64,000 bases of DNA from Felis catus (lineage: Eukaryota). The translations under genes were made by a program, and so were the position numbers. The stretch lies in assembly GCF_018350175.1 (NCBI RefSeq), contig NC_058380.1, positions 57,598,001 to 57,662,000 on the forward strand, written 5' to 3'. Shown piece after piece: positions 39,327 through 52,110 of the stretch. Under the pieces are notes generated by a model. That model saw only the letters and a program-made list of their open reading frames with translations. It was not told the DNA's origin and did no database searches. Position 1 is the stretch's first letter; every line of letters starts with the position of its first letter.

Positions 39327-39454
39327 CAACTATTCTACATGAGTTTTGTAATGATTGCCAGCGGGGTGGGGGGAGGTGGTTGGTCCATAGATTCTGAAGA
39401 GAGAATATATGTATTACATAAGCAATGGAGTTTGCATGATGACATGGTTTGGGT

Positions 39455-39880
39455 TTGCCAGGAAACAGACTCTGGTATGGAGATTGAGGTGCATAATGTT
39501 TATTAGGGAGTGCTCTTGGGATCAACACTGGTGGAAGGGAGGATAGAAAGCCAGATTGGGCAGAGGGAGGAGTTGGCCTGTGATGTAGTCTCAACAAAGG
39601 CCTCAGTCAACCCTGTGGGGAACTCTGGCAGTAGGGCCACCTTTCAGAGTTATCCTGAGTTGGGGGGGGGGTGTGGTAAGACATTTATATCTCTTCATCA
39701 GTCAATCATTGGATATGGGCTGCCCTGAGGAAGGGGGCATGACCTTATGTGAGTCCACTCTTCAGCTAAGAGCAGTCTTTAGCTAATTCCTGAAGAAGAC
39801 TGCCAGCTGAAAGCTCTCTGATGGCAGCACTTTGGGCAGCTGAAGGAATCCTGTAGAGTCCTATGGAAAAATCTGGGTAG
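39455..39880. mobile_element. Old ERVL-class LTR fragment
   Basis: gaaacagactctgg...tttattagggagtgctcttgggatcaacac...; a related copy lies at about 60150-60330. Family not assigned. Confidence 0.55.
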
Positions 39881-41289
39881 AAACTAGTTACAGTTCTCTT
39901 AGTCAAAACTAGTGATATTGAAAAGGAATTTTGCTCTACAAGTATGTTTCATTTTTAGGTCAATTCTTGACTTACAAAGGTTGGAGTTGATCCCAAGTTG
40001 ATGTCATCCTCTCTGTAGTGAGCTAAGATGGACACAGATAGGCTCTGTGCTCAATGAAGAAAGGCAAACTCACACCAGAATGAGACAAATAATACCAGGT
40101 TTGAAATGGTGAGACAGGAGCAGCCTGAGAGGCTAAGGACTCACATAGGCAGTGACCAGTGTCCACGTTTCTGACCAGTGTGTCCAGGAGAGCACTGTGG
40201 GGCCAAAGAGGGTGGCTGGCCACATCCCGGACAGGAGAAGCCCAGGACACCCAAGGAAGGCAAGCAGGGAGAATTTGTTTTCATCAGAAAATTTTGATTC
40301 TCAGAAAAAAAAAAAAAAGAGACATCCAGTTACCTCAAGGAAAAAGAGACATTCAAAGTTCACTTCCTTTTAGTAGCTTTGCTCCTTTTTGTGTCTCTAG
40401 TGACTGAGATCATCACACATTACACCTCTGGACCCCTTCTTAGGTGCATGGTAAACTGGCTCTGCCTTTCAGTTTTATCATTCCACTTCTCCTCAGTCAG
40501 CCACCTTGCTCCATCTTCTGCTGGTCACATGATGCTCCTGCTCTGCTCTCCCCCATAGGTCCATCTTCTAACTCTCTGGACTGTAGGGCCAGACTGTGTA
40601 CTTAAATACATAAGACTTACTGACAGCAGGAAAATTAAGCTTAAAACCAGATACCAGCTATTAGTACTCCTGGGCTAAGAACTTCCACATGCATTTGCAG
40701 GATCCAGCTTACTTGCTGTCAGTGGAAATACCCTACACGGAATCTACATGATCCCAACTCATCTGAGCCTCAGGGGAAAGAAAGAGCCAACTTCATTCTC
40801 ATCTCCAGTCTCAATCCTGCCACTAAGAAAAACAAAATTGAAAGAGTGCCATTTTATCTCTAATGTTGATAATTTTTATACTATTCTGCCATGGAGTTTT
40901 GCCCCACACTGTCTTCCTTGCCTCCTTTCCAGAGAAGGATTTTGGATATTTATGTAACTCAAAGGTACACTAAGCTGTTTTTCCCAAAACAAATGGGCAA
41001 ACTTCTCACAAGGGTGAATTCACACGTGCCCAAAAGGGAATCAGCAAAATCATTTGTGTTTTCAGCAGCACCCACTTCCGACCCTTCAAGTCCCACCCCA
41101 TCAGGTTTTAGGTTTTATTGTTTTTAGAACTTGGGTCCAGTAATAGCCAAAGTTCTCCATTGCATATGGAATTCTGTTTTCTGGTAATCATTCTTCACAT
41201 TTATCTTCCTTGGAGGACACATTTTTCTGAGATGCATGGGTGCAGGCAGCCAAGAGCACAGAACTACAGGGACATTTGTCCTCCAGACC

Positions 41290-42249
41290 TCACTGGGTGA
41301 AGCATTTCTGACTCACCAAGTTTCTCACAGCAGCCTTCACGTCCTTGTTCCTCAGGCTGTAGATGATGGGGTTGAGCATCGGGGTCACCACCCCATAGAA
41401 GAGGGAGATGAGCTTGTCTGAAAGGTCCTGCTTGTCTGCCCCCAGGGGGTCCTTGGATTTGGGCTTCCCATACATGAAAAGGATAGTCCCATAGAAGACG
41501 ACCACGACTGTGAGGTGGGCAGAGCAGGTGGAGAAGGCCTTTTTCCTCCCCTCAGCTGAAGGGATCCTCAAGATAGTGGTGAGGATGAAGACGTAGGAAA
41601 CAAAGATGAACAGAACTGGGACCCCCAGGAAGATCACATTTGTCACTCCCATACTGATCACATTGATGGAGATGTCAGCACAGGCCAACTTCAGGACAGC
41701 CAGGATCTCACAGGTAAAGTGGTTGATGATGTTGTTCCCACAGAAGGGAAGTCTCATTGCAAGGGACGTTTGAACCATGGAGGCANNNNNNNNNNNNNNN
41801 NNNNNNNNNNNNNNNNNNNNNNNNNNNNNNNNNNNNNNNNNNNNNNNNNNNNNNNNNNNNNNNNNNNNNNNNNNNNNNNNNNNNNNNNNNNNNNNNNNNN
41901 NNNNNNNNNNNNNNNNNNNNNNNNNNNNNNNGAAGGAAAGAAACATTTGCACAGCACAGGCTGAGAAGGGTACAGTTTTCCTGGGGGTCAGGAAGCTGTC
42001 GAGAATNNNNNNNNNNNNNNNNNNNNNNNNNNNNNNNNNNNNNNNNNNNNNNNNNNNNNNNNNNNNNNNNNNNNNNNNNNNNNNNNNNNNNNNNNNNNNN
42101 NNNNNNNNNNNNNNNNNNNNNNNNNNNNNNNNNNNNNNNNNNNNNNNNNGGAGGATGAGCACAAAGAACGTTTTCTCTAGCTTTGGGTGGGCCGAGAGTC
42201 CCAGGAGAATAAACTCCGCCACAGAGGCAGTCTGGTTGACACTTTCCAT
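41290..42249 (-). CDS. Olfactory receptor, OR37 subfamily (OR13C7-like), 319 aa
   Basis: NQT sequon, [19 protein letters not shown], extended EL3 and [12 protein letters not shown]. Two masked blocks (41786-41931, 42007-42149) hide TM1-2 and the MAYDRY region, but the length is preserved. Confidence 0.88.
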   Translation of the reverse strand: MESVNQTASVAEFILLGLSAHPKLEKTFFVLILXXXXXXXXXXXXXXXXXXXXXXXXXXXXXXXXXXXXXXXXXXXXXXXXILDSFLTPRKTVPFSACAVQMFLSFXXXXXXXXXXXXXXXXXXXXXXXXXXXXXXXXXXXXXXXXXXXXXXXXXASMVQTSLAMRLPFCGNNIINHFTCEILAVLKLACADISINVISMGVTNVIFLGVPVLFIFVSYVFILTTILRIPSAEGRKKAFSTCSAHLTVVVVFYGTILFMYGKPKSKDPLGADKQDLSDKLISLFYGVVTPMLNPIIYSLRNKDVKAAVRNLVSQKCFTQ

Positions 42250-44549
42250 GGTATGTCTCCTCCTTCAACAGAGGAAAACACCCAGGTATCCAAACTCAAT
42301 GTTCTTTGCCCTGCATAGGCCGAGGGCATATGATCTCAAGTTCCAGTTAGGCTGAGTGATTGGATAATAGTCTTGAAAGCCCACAGTCTCTATTTATTTC
42401 CAAGAAAAAGAAGCAACAAAATCAGAAATTACTTTGGGACCATAGAACATCAAGTTTACAATGTTTAAAATGGTGATTCTAATAATTTAATGAATTTGAC
42501 CAGAGATAAGACACATAACACATTCAGTTTTTTTTGGTTCTATGTCCATATGGCAGTTCATCTCATTAAACTTTGATAAGAAAAGTAACATTAAGTTTGC
42601 TTCATGCTCTCCAACTTTGTGGTTACTAGTGAAATGATTAGTTGTGAATCCACAACTAATTTCCTCTCCAGGTCATTCTCACAGAAAACATACTCTTGTT
42701 CCCAAGATCTCCTTTCTCATGGGCAACACCGGCTCCAGGGCTTTCCATCCATCCATCTGTGTCTGAACATCCTTCCACCTACTTTTTGAGCCCCAGTAAG
42801 TGGGTATGACAGTTCCTAGGAGGAACAGGGGTGCTTCATAACCCAGGCTTAAGTGAGCCCACAACTTAACAGGAAAGGGAAGCAAAAGATTCAGAAGAGA
42901 CTAGAGTATCCATAAGGGCACTCAGGGTATTGATGGAAATAGGGTCATGGAAAGCTCTTTGGTAATATAAAATCCAGCTGGACTTTTAAGGACAAAAAGA
43001 GATGGAAAGACAAGTGTGTGTGTTGGGTGGGAGGGAGTCTCAAAGTAACTTTGTGCTCTGGAAATGTTAATACATCCCAAATAGTTTGAATCTGATGTTC
43101 CACGAAGCTACAGGACTGGCTCTAAAGATGCAGAGTGAAATCACAGTTTATGGAAATCTAGTTCTCTTAGATAAGTAGAGCAGTGCTTTTTTTCTTATCA
43201 TTCTACTGGGTCACCTTTCCTCTAGGTGAGCATCCATACAGGAATCAGTGGGCATTAGTAGTCCTTGAGCCTTTTGACTTATCTGCTAGATATGTCACTC
43301 AGACTAATATTCTGTCACTGATTCTGTTCCCCAAGTAATCTAGTCCAACCCTCTCTCCCATTCGAGATCATTTTCTATGCCCCACAGATGCATGGCTTTT
43401 TAGTTTCAGCTTGATATCTTCTAAGAATGAAGAGCTCATTACATTCCTAAATGGTGTACTCCATTATTTGCAGAGCTCTAGAGTATTAGAAAATTTTTCT
43501 TCACACTGAACCAAGAAGACAGCTTCCTAAGAGTTCCTTATTCATACGGTGGTACTCAGCTTCCTTCTGGAATTGCAGTGAATTTGTGGAAAGTCATCAG
43601 GTCTGTAAGCCAGAGATTTGGGCTATATTCTTAACCTTCTAACTTGTTGTTTAGACTTCAGTACTTCCTTCCCTCTCTTACATCCTTAGGTTACCCTATT
43701 CTGTGTTGGGATTAAAAGAGATCAATGGTGTTCAAACTTTTTAGTAAAGATAATTTCTTTTTTTAAGGGAAGAGAACTTTTGCTTTCTTAAATTCAGAGC
43801 CCTAAAATATAAAGCAGAACTGCTTTTGTTGAAGTGGGGAAGGAGGGCTCAGGAAGTCTGGGCTGCTGAGCCAGTGAGGCTCCTTCAAGGCCAGGCTACA
43901 ATGATGCACAGCTCCAGATCCCATTTACATTGCAGGCAATATAAATGGTGCCCTCTGGAGCCTAACTCTGGGACAACTCCAGCCATTTCCATGGCTACTA
44001 TGTGAATAATGCTCCATGGAGATACAGAAGAGGCTCTGAAACCATGGAACCATCTCATTTCCAGGGGTGTCTCTAAAATTAGATGATCACATTAAATGAG
44101 ACTGAAAAGTTTCAGAGGCTTCCTGCCATCTAGGTTTTTCTAATCCAGGAAGAAGATATTTGTGTGGCCCTCAGTCTTTGCAATACCACTGAAACTACTT
44201 CATGTCTTCCCTTTTCAAGTCCCAACCTTTTTGAAAAATCAAGTGAGAAGCTGGAAATGTTACTGTGCTAACGAAAGGTTGAGTATTACTCTGATAAGAA
44301 CTCTCACTTACCTTTATCAGGAGCCTACTGAAAAAGGGTCCCTACAGCTTGGGAATAGTGCATGGGCCAGAAATAGCAACACTATTTTGAAAGGCTCAGG
44401 CTGAGATGTCCACCTCTGATTTGAAGAAGGGATGAAAACCATTCATCCCATCTGTCTTGATTCTGTGCTTTAGGCACAATCTCCAAAGGAACAACCAGTA
44501 CATGCAGAAGGCGATTTGAAATCAGTGCTGTAATTGGGACTATTGTGTT

Positions 44550-44638
44550 CCCTGAAGTGATTAAAAGTTTGGAAATGGAATCATACAAAGTCAGAAAATT
44601 TTTTATACTTCTGGGAAAATGTCCCCAGGATCTAATTA
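44550..44638 (-). promoter_or_regulatory. Candidate OR promoter module for the OR at 41290-42249
   Basis: ccctgaagtgattaaaagtttgg (44550-44572) and gtccccaggatctaatta (44621-44638). Confidence 0.65.
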
Positions 44639-45149
44639 TGCTGAAAGCACTCTAGGAAAACTTCTTTTTCTCTTCCCTTTGTTCCTGCTAGAACTTTCCA
44701 TTCTTAGGCCACTGAAGAATATCAAGGGAAGCATTTCCATGTCCTACTTGAATGTCTACAAACTTCAAAGTGCTTAAAATTCTTGAAAAGAGCAGCTGGA
44801 GAGGTATGAATTATTTATAAACAGCCTATGTTTGTGGCATTAAGGAACCAGCAGCTGCAGGCGTAATGCTTCTGTATCAAGTGCTCAAGGGCATGGCTTT
44901 GGACACTTGGGGGGAACTTCCACCTAGAACCCTAAGAAGACTTCAGGAAAGAGGAGATTTCTGGCCAGGCCTTGAACAATGAGGGAGAATTTACATATGA
45001 AGAGATAGGAAAGGGGTGGTGGGAAAGGGAAAACCATCTTGGGGACAGAGCGTGGCACAGGTCTTGGGCTTGAGTATTTCTTCCATAGCTTCAAAAAGTC
45101 ATTTGTTTGGAAAGCATCATGGAACAAGAGATATGGAACAAAGTCCAGG

Positions 45150-45412
45150 GAAGTTGTGCCTGGGTGGTTCAGTTAGTTAAGCATCCAATTCTTGATTTTG
45201 GCTCAAGTCACAATCTCACAGTTCATGAGTTTTAGCCCTGTGTAGGGCTCTGTGCTGACAGCCCAGNNNNNNNNNNNNNNNNNNNNNNNNNNNNNNNNNN
45301 NNNNNNNNNNNNNNNNNNNNNNNNNNNNNNNNNNNNNNNNNNNNNNNNNNNNNNNNNNNNNNNNNNNNNNNNNNNNNNNNNNNNNNNNNNNNNNNNNNNN
45401 NNNNNNNNNNNN
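45150..45412 (+). mobile_element. CAN-SINE (3' part masked)
   Basis: tgcctgggtggttcagttagttaagc head; 45267-45412 is N. Confidence 0.8.
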
Positions 45413-45427
45413 TTCTATGTCTTCTAT

Positions 45428-45930
45428 GTGGGTAGAGTCTGGCTGCAGCCTCTAAGATGGCCCTCATTGATTCTTGCCTACTGATATTCATGGCATTGTG
45501 TAATTCCCTTCCCTTAGTGACTTGATTCTAACCAAAAGACTACACTGTCTTTCTGGGTTTAATGAAGCAAAATGTCAAATTGGAGAGGCCTGTGTGGCAA
45601 GGAACTGAGGGCAGGAACTGAGGCAAGGAACTGTGTGGCAGACAGTGTAGAACTGAGATCCTCAGACCAACTACCTTCAAGTTACATGGCCAACAATCAT
45701 GTAGGTGAGCTTGTAAATAAAACTCTTCCCTCTCCCCAATGAAACCACCAGAAGAGATCCCAGCCATTGTCAACATCTTCATTATAGTTTTGTGAAAGAC
45801 CCTGAAACGAAAGACCCAGCTAATCAGTGCTCAGATTCTTGACTTACAAAAACTATGAAACAATACATGTGTGTTCCTCTAAACTAGTAAGTTTTGTAGT
45901 AATTTGTTTTGCAACAGTAAATAAATAACA
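45428..45930 (+). mobile_element. MLT1D-like MaLR solo LTR
   Basis: ctctaagatggccctc...gagaggcctgtgtggcaaggaactgagg...gtaatttgttttgcaacag...aataaca. Confidence 0.75.
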
Positions 45931-47304
45931 ATAAATAAATAAATGGATTCATGGAGTGAGCTGTGAGGAAGAAGCGAGGGAAAGGAAGAGGTGACACATC
46001 TAGAAGAGGTGACACATCCCAGTGAAAGGGAACCTTCTGTTTTCCCAAAAGGCTATCTCATTGTCTCATTGCCAGAGGACATTAGTGATCAGAAGGATTT
46101 TCCTCATTCTGGACCAAAGCTTGCCTATCACCCTCCTTCTCACTTAGCTCTTGGGGGTTACACAGGACATGGTTGCTTCCTCTTGTGTATCATCCTTTCA
46201 GAAGTAAGAAGACAATAAATCATTGTAGACATGTTCAGTAGCACTGAATACATGAGCCTGAAGTAAGCACAGCATTCCTTCCACAGTGATTTTACAAGTA
46301 GCATACAGTAACTAAACAGTAACTAAATAAATATATGGTGAAACCATGACTCAAAGCCATCCTGCAAACCAGTCCCTATCATCAGATCACATGGCGCAAG
46401 GAACCTCGGGCCCTCAAATGACCTTGTGACAGGGGCTTTTCACTATGATTTAGAACAAAGTAACAGTAACAAATGCAATAACAAGCCACCAATAGAATAC
46501 ACCTTCCTGTTGTGTTGAAGCTTCTAGGAAATTCTTTACACAAATTTGTGCCTTGCCAATAGCAGTTGTGATAACAAATTCATACATTTACGCAGACTGA
46601 TAGAAAGCTATTCACTTTTGGGGAGTAAATTTTACTTACAGTGAGATATATACACCTTGAGTGTATGATCCAGTGAGTTTTGACAGATGTGCACACTATG
46701 TAGCCCAAATCCAATCAAATTAGGGAATATTTCCACCACTGTAATGAGTTTTCTTATGCCCCTTCCCAGTCAGTCCCCAATACCACCATGCCCAGAGCAA
46801 TTTCCATTGTTTTAATACTTTTCACCTTTTTAGAAACATCATATTAATAGAATAATGCAGTAACTATTCTTTGCCTAAGTCTTTATTCAGAATGTTTTTA
46901 AGATTTATCCATGTTGTTAAATGATTTAGTGGTTTGTCCTTTTTTTTTTTTTTTTTTTTTTTATTGCTGAGTAGTACTCCATTATATGGATATCCCAGTT
47001 TGTTTACCCATTCTCCTTGCTGATGAACATCTGGGCTGTTTTCCAGTTTTGGCTGTTATGAATGAAATCATTATTAACATTCTCATACAAGTCTTTTTGT
47101 AGACATGTGTTTCAACTTCTCTTGACTAAATACCTGAGAATGGGATTGCTGGGTCATAGCATAGGTATATACACTTAGTTTTATAAGAAACAGATCTTTT
47201 GCCAAAGTACACCATTTTACACTCCTATCAGTAATGTACAAGAGTTCTCACTGCATCACATTCTCATCAGTGTTCGGTGTTGTCAATCTTTAAAATTTTA
47301 GCCA

Positions 47305-47440
47305 ACCTCTCAGTTAAGTGTCTGGCTTTGGCTCAGGTCATAATCTTGCGGTTCATGGGTTTGAGCCCTGTGTCAGTCTCTGAGCTGTCAGCACAGCACA
47401 GCACAGCTTGTTAATAAATGTACATTAAAAAATTAAAAAT
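47305..47440 (+). mobile_element. Partial CAN-SINE
   Basis: ctcagttaagtgtctggctttggctcaggtcataatc...; the 3' body is deleted. Confidence 0.7.
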
Positions 47441-47636
47441 TTTAGCCAAACTGATTGATGCGTAGTGGTCTCATTGTGATTTTTCTTTGCATTTTCCTGA
47501 TAAGTAATGATATCGAGCACTTGATCACTTGCCCATTGGTCCTTCATATAGCTTTGTCAATTATCTGTTCAAGTATTTTGCTCATTATATACTTTGTTGT
47601 TGTGTTTAAAAATAATGGTTTGTAGGAGTCCTTATG

Positions 47637-47866
47637 TATGTTATTTTTTTATTATTTTTTAATGTTTATTTATTTTTGAGAGAGAGAGAGAGACAGAATG
47701 TGAGCAGGGGAGGGACAGAGAGAGATGAAGACACAGAATCCGAAGCAGACTCCAGGCTCCGAGCTGTCAGCACAGAACCCAATGTGGGGCTCAAACTCAC
47801 AGACTGTGAGATCATGACCTGAGCCAAAGTCAGATGTTTAACCTACTAGGCCACCCAGGTGCTCCC
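47637..47866 (-). mobile_element. CAN-SINE
   Basis: Full body ending ccacccaggtgctcc. Confidence 0.9.
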
Positions 47867-48885
47867 CTTATATATTTTAGATACGAGTCTTTGTCAGATG
47901 TGTGTATTGTGAATATTCTCTCAGTGTGTGTGGCTTCCATATTCATTTTCTTAATAGTGTCTTCTGCTGAGCACATGTTTCAAATTTTGATGAATTCTAT
48001 AATTTTTCTTTTTTGATTACTCTTTTCCATATCTTATCAAAGAAAATTTTGCTTACCCCCAGTCACAAAGATATTTTTCAATGTTTTATATAAAAAGGTT
48101 TATAGTTTTAGCTTTTATGTTTAGGTCTATATTCCACAGTGAATTAATTTTTTATTTTTGTGTCTAGTTCTATCAATTACTGAGAAACAGATATGAAAAT
48201 CTCCCATTCTGACTATGGACCTATCTATCCCTTTAATTATGTCTGTATTTTGTTTTATATTATTTTGAGGTTTTGTTACTAGGTGAAATACATTTGTGAT
48301 TTTTATGTTTTCCTGATTTATACCTTGTCATGATGAAATGTCTCTTTTTATGGTAATATACTTTATTCAAGTCTACCTTACCTGATACTTATATACCCTC
48401 CAGCTAACTGTTTGATATATTTTTCCATCCTTTTCTTTTCAACCTAGATGTGTCTGTATATTTTAAAATGCTTCTTTTAGACAGAATTAAGTTGTCTTTC
48501 TTTTTTACCCAGTCTGATAATCTCTGTATTTTAATTAGTATGTTTAATCTATTTCTATTTAATGTAATCATTGATTAGTTTAGATTTACTATTTTGTTAT
48601 TGTTTTCCATTTATCTCATCTATTTTTTGTTCCTCTTTTATTCCTTTCCTGAAATCTCTTGGGTTAATTGAATAGTTCTTAGAACTAATTCCATTTTAAT
48701 TCATCTATTGAATTTTTGGCTTTATCTCTTTTCTAGTGGTTGCTTTAGGGATTACTGTATACATCTGAATATTTTAGTTGTCTCAAAATTATTACTCAAA
48801 CAAGAATATATAAATCAGTCAGAAAAACAAATTAATAAATCAACCGCAGTGCCAGACTACTTCTGCCAGAATATTCTAGGTACTT

Positions 48886-49045
48886 GCTACTCAAGGTGTA
48901 GTCTAAGACCAGTAGTGACATCACTTGAGATCTTGTTAGAACTACAAAATCTCTAATCCCACTCTGGATTTACTGAACTATAATCTGCATTTTAACAAAA
49001 TCCCCAGATGATTCATATTAACATCAAAATTTGGGAAGCACTGTC
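48886..49045. mobile_element. MER5A (hAT-Charlie MITE)
   Basis: ctactcaaggtgtagtc...tgagatcttgttaga...ctgcattttaacaaaatccccagatgattc...gggaagcactg. Confidence 0.75.
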
Positions 49046-49344
49046 ATCAGTAATTAACTGACATTCTGGGGTAACACAGAGCACATATTAGACCCATCAG
49101 ACTCCTTATTTGATGATGTCCATCACTTCTTGGAACCCATCACATCATGATCATCTTTGGTCAACTTGGGTAGTTTTGTTTGCTCCTGTTGTGAGTACTA
49201 CTCCCTGATTGGCCACAACCACACAACCAGTCTTTTGTTGTACTATCAGCTGCTTGGCTTTCTGCATTATTCTAAAACCTGATACTTACCTAGCCCCCTC
49301 TAAATGGAAAATGCACAATGCCTTTGCTCCATCCAATGCCACAT

Positions 49345-49345
49345 T

Positions 49346-49384
<39 letters not shown>

Positions 49385-49388
49385 TTTT
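49345..49388. repeat. (TTTA)n simple repeat
   Basis: Direct reading. Confidence 0.9.
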
Positions 49389-49769
49389 CTGTTAAATTCT
49401 TTCTTCTAACTCCACAGCTATGTTGTGTTTGCATTGGAATACCTTCTGGACTGAAATGATAGCTCTCTTGAAAGCCAGACAACCTGATTCAGAATCTCTA
49501 TGATATATGGTCCTACTGTTGGATACATAGTAGTCAGAGGTTGAGTTTCCTAGTTAATAGATTATGGATTCAAAGTATGAATTTTAGTGGGACACAGATA
49601 TTTAGTCCATAGCAGCCCTCATTGGGTAAAAGCAGCCCTATCTCCTCCTGATTACTAGGATCAGTTATATGTAACTAGGAGTGACTCTTTGCCTTGCCTT
49701 CTGGTCTCTTGGCATAAGAAGCCCAACATGACTGGGGGATAGCCATAGCTTTAAGTTTAGTAGATATGA

Positions 49770-51235
49770 CAGAATAGAAAGTCCAGATATTAATCCTTAT
49801 GTTTATGGTCAATTGACTTTCAACAAAGGTGCCAACGCAATCTAATGGGGGGAAAGATAGTCTTTTCAATAAACGGTCTGCAACAATTAGATATTCACAT
49901 GTAAAAAATAAATGAAACCCTTTCTTCACACCATACAAAAAGTTAACTCAAAATGGATCACAGACCTGAATGTAAAACTTAAAAGTATACAACCTGTGGG
50001 GTGCCTGGGTGGCTCAGTCGATTGAGCATCCGACTTTGGTTTCATCTCAGGTCATGATCCCAGGGTTGTGAGATTGAGTCTTGCATCAGGCTCCACGCTG
50101 AGTGTGGAGCTGGCTTAGGATTCCCTCTCCTTCCATCTGTCCCTCTCTCCCGCTCGTGCACTCTCTCTTTCTCTTAAAAAAAAAAAAGCTATACAACTTC
50201 CAGAAGGAAACATGGAATAAAATCTTTGTAACCTTGGATTAAGTAAAGAGTTCTTAAATAAGACATCAAAATTTATTTTTAAAAATTGATTATTGTACTA
50301 CAGAATTAAAAACTTTTGTTTTTCAAATGACACCATAAAAATGAAAAGACAAAAAGGACTGAAATATTTGTAATTTGTATATATGATAAAGTACTTATAT
50401 TCAGGTTACATAAAAAAACTCTTATGTGTGCCTCAATAATGAGAAGAGAAACAGCCCAATTTAAAATATCTTCACTAAAGAGGTACGTGAATGGCTAATA
50501 AGCACATGAAAAGATGTGCAACATTAGTAGCCACCAGGGAAATGCAAATTAAAACTACAGTGAGCTACTACTACACATCTACTATAAGAGCTACATTGAA
50601 AATACTAATAACACCAAGTGTTGGTGAGGATGTAGAGAAACTGGCAATGTTGTACACTGTGGGAATTTAAAATGATACAGCCACTTTGGAAAACAAGCTA
50701 GCAGTTTCTTAGAGTTAAACTTATTTGTACCATTCAACCCACCAATTCCACACCAAGTTGTGTACGTGAATGTTCATAGTAGCATTATTCATGATAGCCC
50801 CAAACTGGAAAAATCCAAATGTCCATCAATGAATGAATAGATAAACACAAGATGTCAGATCCATGTAATTCTAGTCTGTGATACAAAGGAGACTACTAAT
50901 GCATGTTATAACTAGATGAGCCTCAAAAACATGCTAAATGAAAGATGCCAGACACAAAAGACTATATATTGTATTGCTCCACTTATCTGAAATTTCTAGA
51001 AAAGGCAAATATTTCTAGAAATGAGTAGATTAGTAGTTACTGGGACTGGAGTTGGGGATTGATTGACTACAAATGGGCATGAGAGAACTTTTTGAAATGA
51101 TGTAAATGTTCTAAAATTGGTTTGTAGTGATAATTGCACAATGTATAGATTTATCAAAAATCATTGAACATGACTTACAATGGGTGAATCTTATGGTAGA
51201 GAAGTTACACCTCTATTAAGTGCTACAAATGTTTA
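49770..51235 (+). mobile_element. L1M ORF2 3' region and 3'UTR, interrupted by a SINE
   Basis: tatggtcaattgactttcaacaaaggtgcc, ctcaaaatggatcacagacct, gaaatgcaaattaaaactacagtgagc and aaatgtccatcaatgaatgaatagataaac. Confidence 0.85.
49997..50187 (+). mobile_element. CAN-SINE
   Basis: ggggtgcctgggtggctcagtcg head and poly-A, flanked by aaaag(c)tatacaac. Confidence 0.9.
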
Positions 51236-51259
51236 ATGAGACTCTTTCTGTGTCCTCTG

Positions 51260-52110
51260 GTGGAAGCAACACTTCTCTGGGAACTAGGACACTTATACCT
51301 ACAAAGCCTAATGTTACAGTGACTGAAAGTAAAAATTCCCCCAGTAGCTAACTGGGGTTACTCTTATCCCTGTCATCAGGGATACTCTTGCTACCACCCA
51401 TGATTCCTAGACCATGTATTTTGCCTTTTGGGGGCACAGAACCATAAAACAGCCATTAATGTAGGATCCATATACCCCATTCTTGAAGAATATTATCACC
51501 AGGCTGGTGCCTTAGCAGTGCTTTCAAAAGGCCATTATGTCATTCCCTCAGACAAGTTATTTCTGGATGGTGCAGTATATGGAAGGATCAGTGGATCTCA
51601 TAATCACTATCTCACAATGACACCAACTTTGCTAAATGAGCCTTGGACCAATGAAATATTACACAGAATAAGTCAAACCCTCTGTGAGTTGTCAGATGGT
51701 GATGTTAGCTAATGCCCTTCAGAGAGAAAAGGTAACCCATACTCAGAAGAGGTGTTGATTTTAATCAAGATGAATCACTGCACTTTCAGAATGGAAATGG
51801 CCTAATGTAATCAGCTTACTGCCAAGTGGCTGAATAGTCTCTTCGAATGAGGGTTGGTCTCTGTTGCTGAGAGTTTGGACAATTAGCTGCTGAAGTAGCT
51901 ACATCAGCCTTTGTGAGTGAGTCCCTGTTGTTTAGCAAATAACCTCCTGCAATCATGGCTACTCTGTTCATTGTACCAATGATAGAGGTGGAATGACATC
52001 AGTTCCCTGAGTCATTCTGTTTGGTTGTTGAGCCTAGTGGAGAAGATGGAGGCTCTGAAGATGCTCCTAGTACATGAGCAGCTAAGGAGATGAGAGAAAC
52101 CAGACTCAGC
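51260..52110 (-). mobile_element. Degraded ERVL internal fragment (integrase core)
   Basis: The antisense strand reads, through stops and frameshifts, EIH*SFHILHHPEITCLRE*HNGLLKALLRHQPGDNILQEWG and YGSVPP..KIHG, paralleling ERVL integrase (GIHWSYHVPHHPEAAGLIERWNGLLK...GDNTLQGWG, from recall). Confidence 0.8.

Larger units (their letters stand above)
46620..48710 (-). mobile_element. Old L1M fragment interrupted by two SINEs
   Basis: Antisense L1 3' and ORF2 phrases (ttgctgagtagtactccattatatgg, gggattgctgggtcatag, aatgatatcgagcac). Confidence 0.75.

Noticed and set aside
46200-46620. Apparently repeat-free stretch with AP-1 and GATA-like words and a short cagtaactaaa tandem
   Set aside because: The motifs are too short to exceed chance, and no OR-type HD plus O/E composite is present.
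51250-51263. Second CTCF-like motif (CCACCAGAGGACAC, minus strand)
   Set aside because: It has a mismatch at a core G and lies at the edge of an ERVL relic; too weak without ChIP data.
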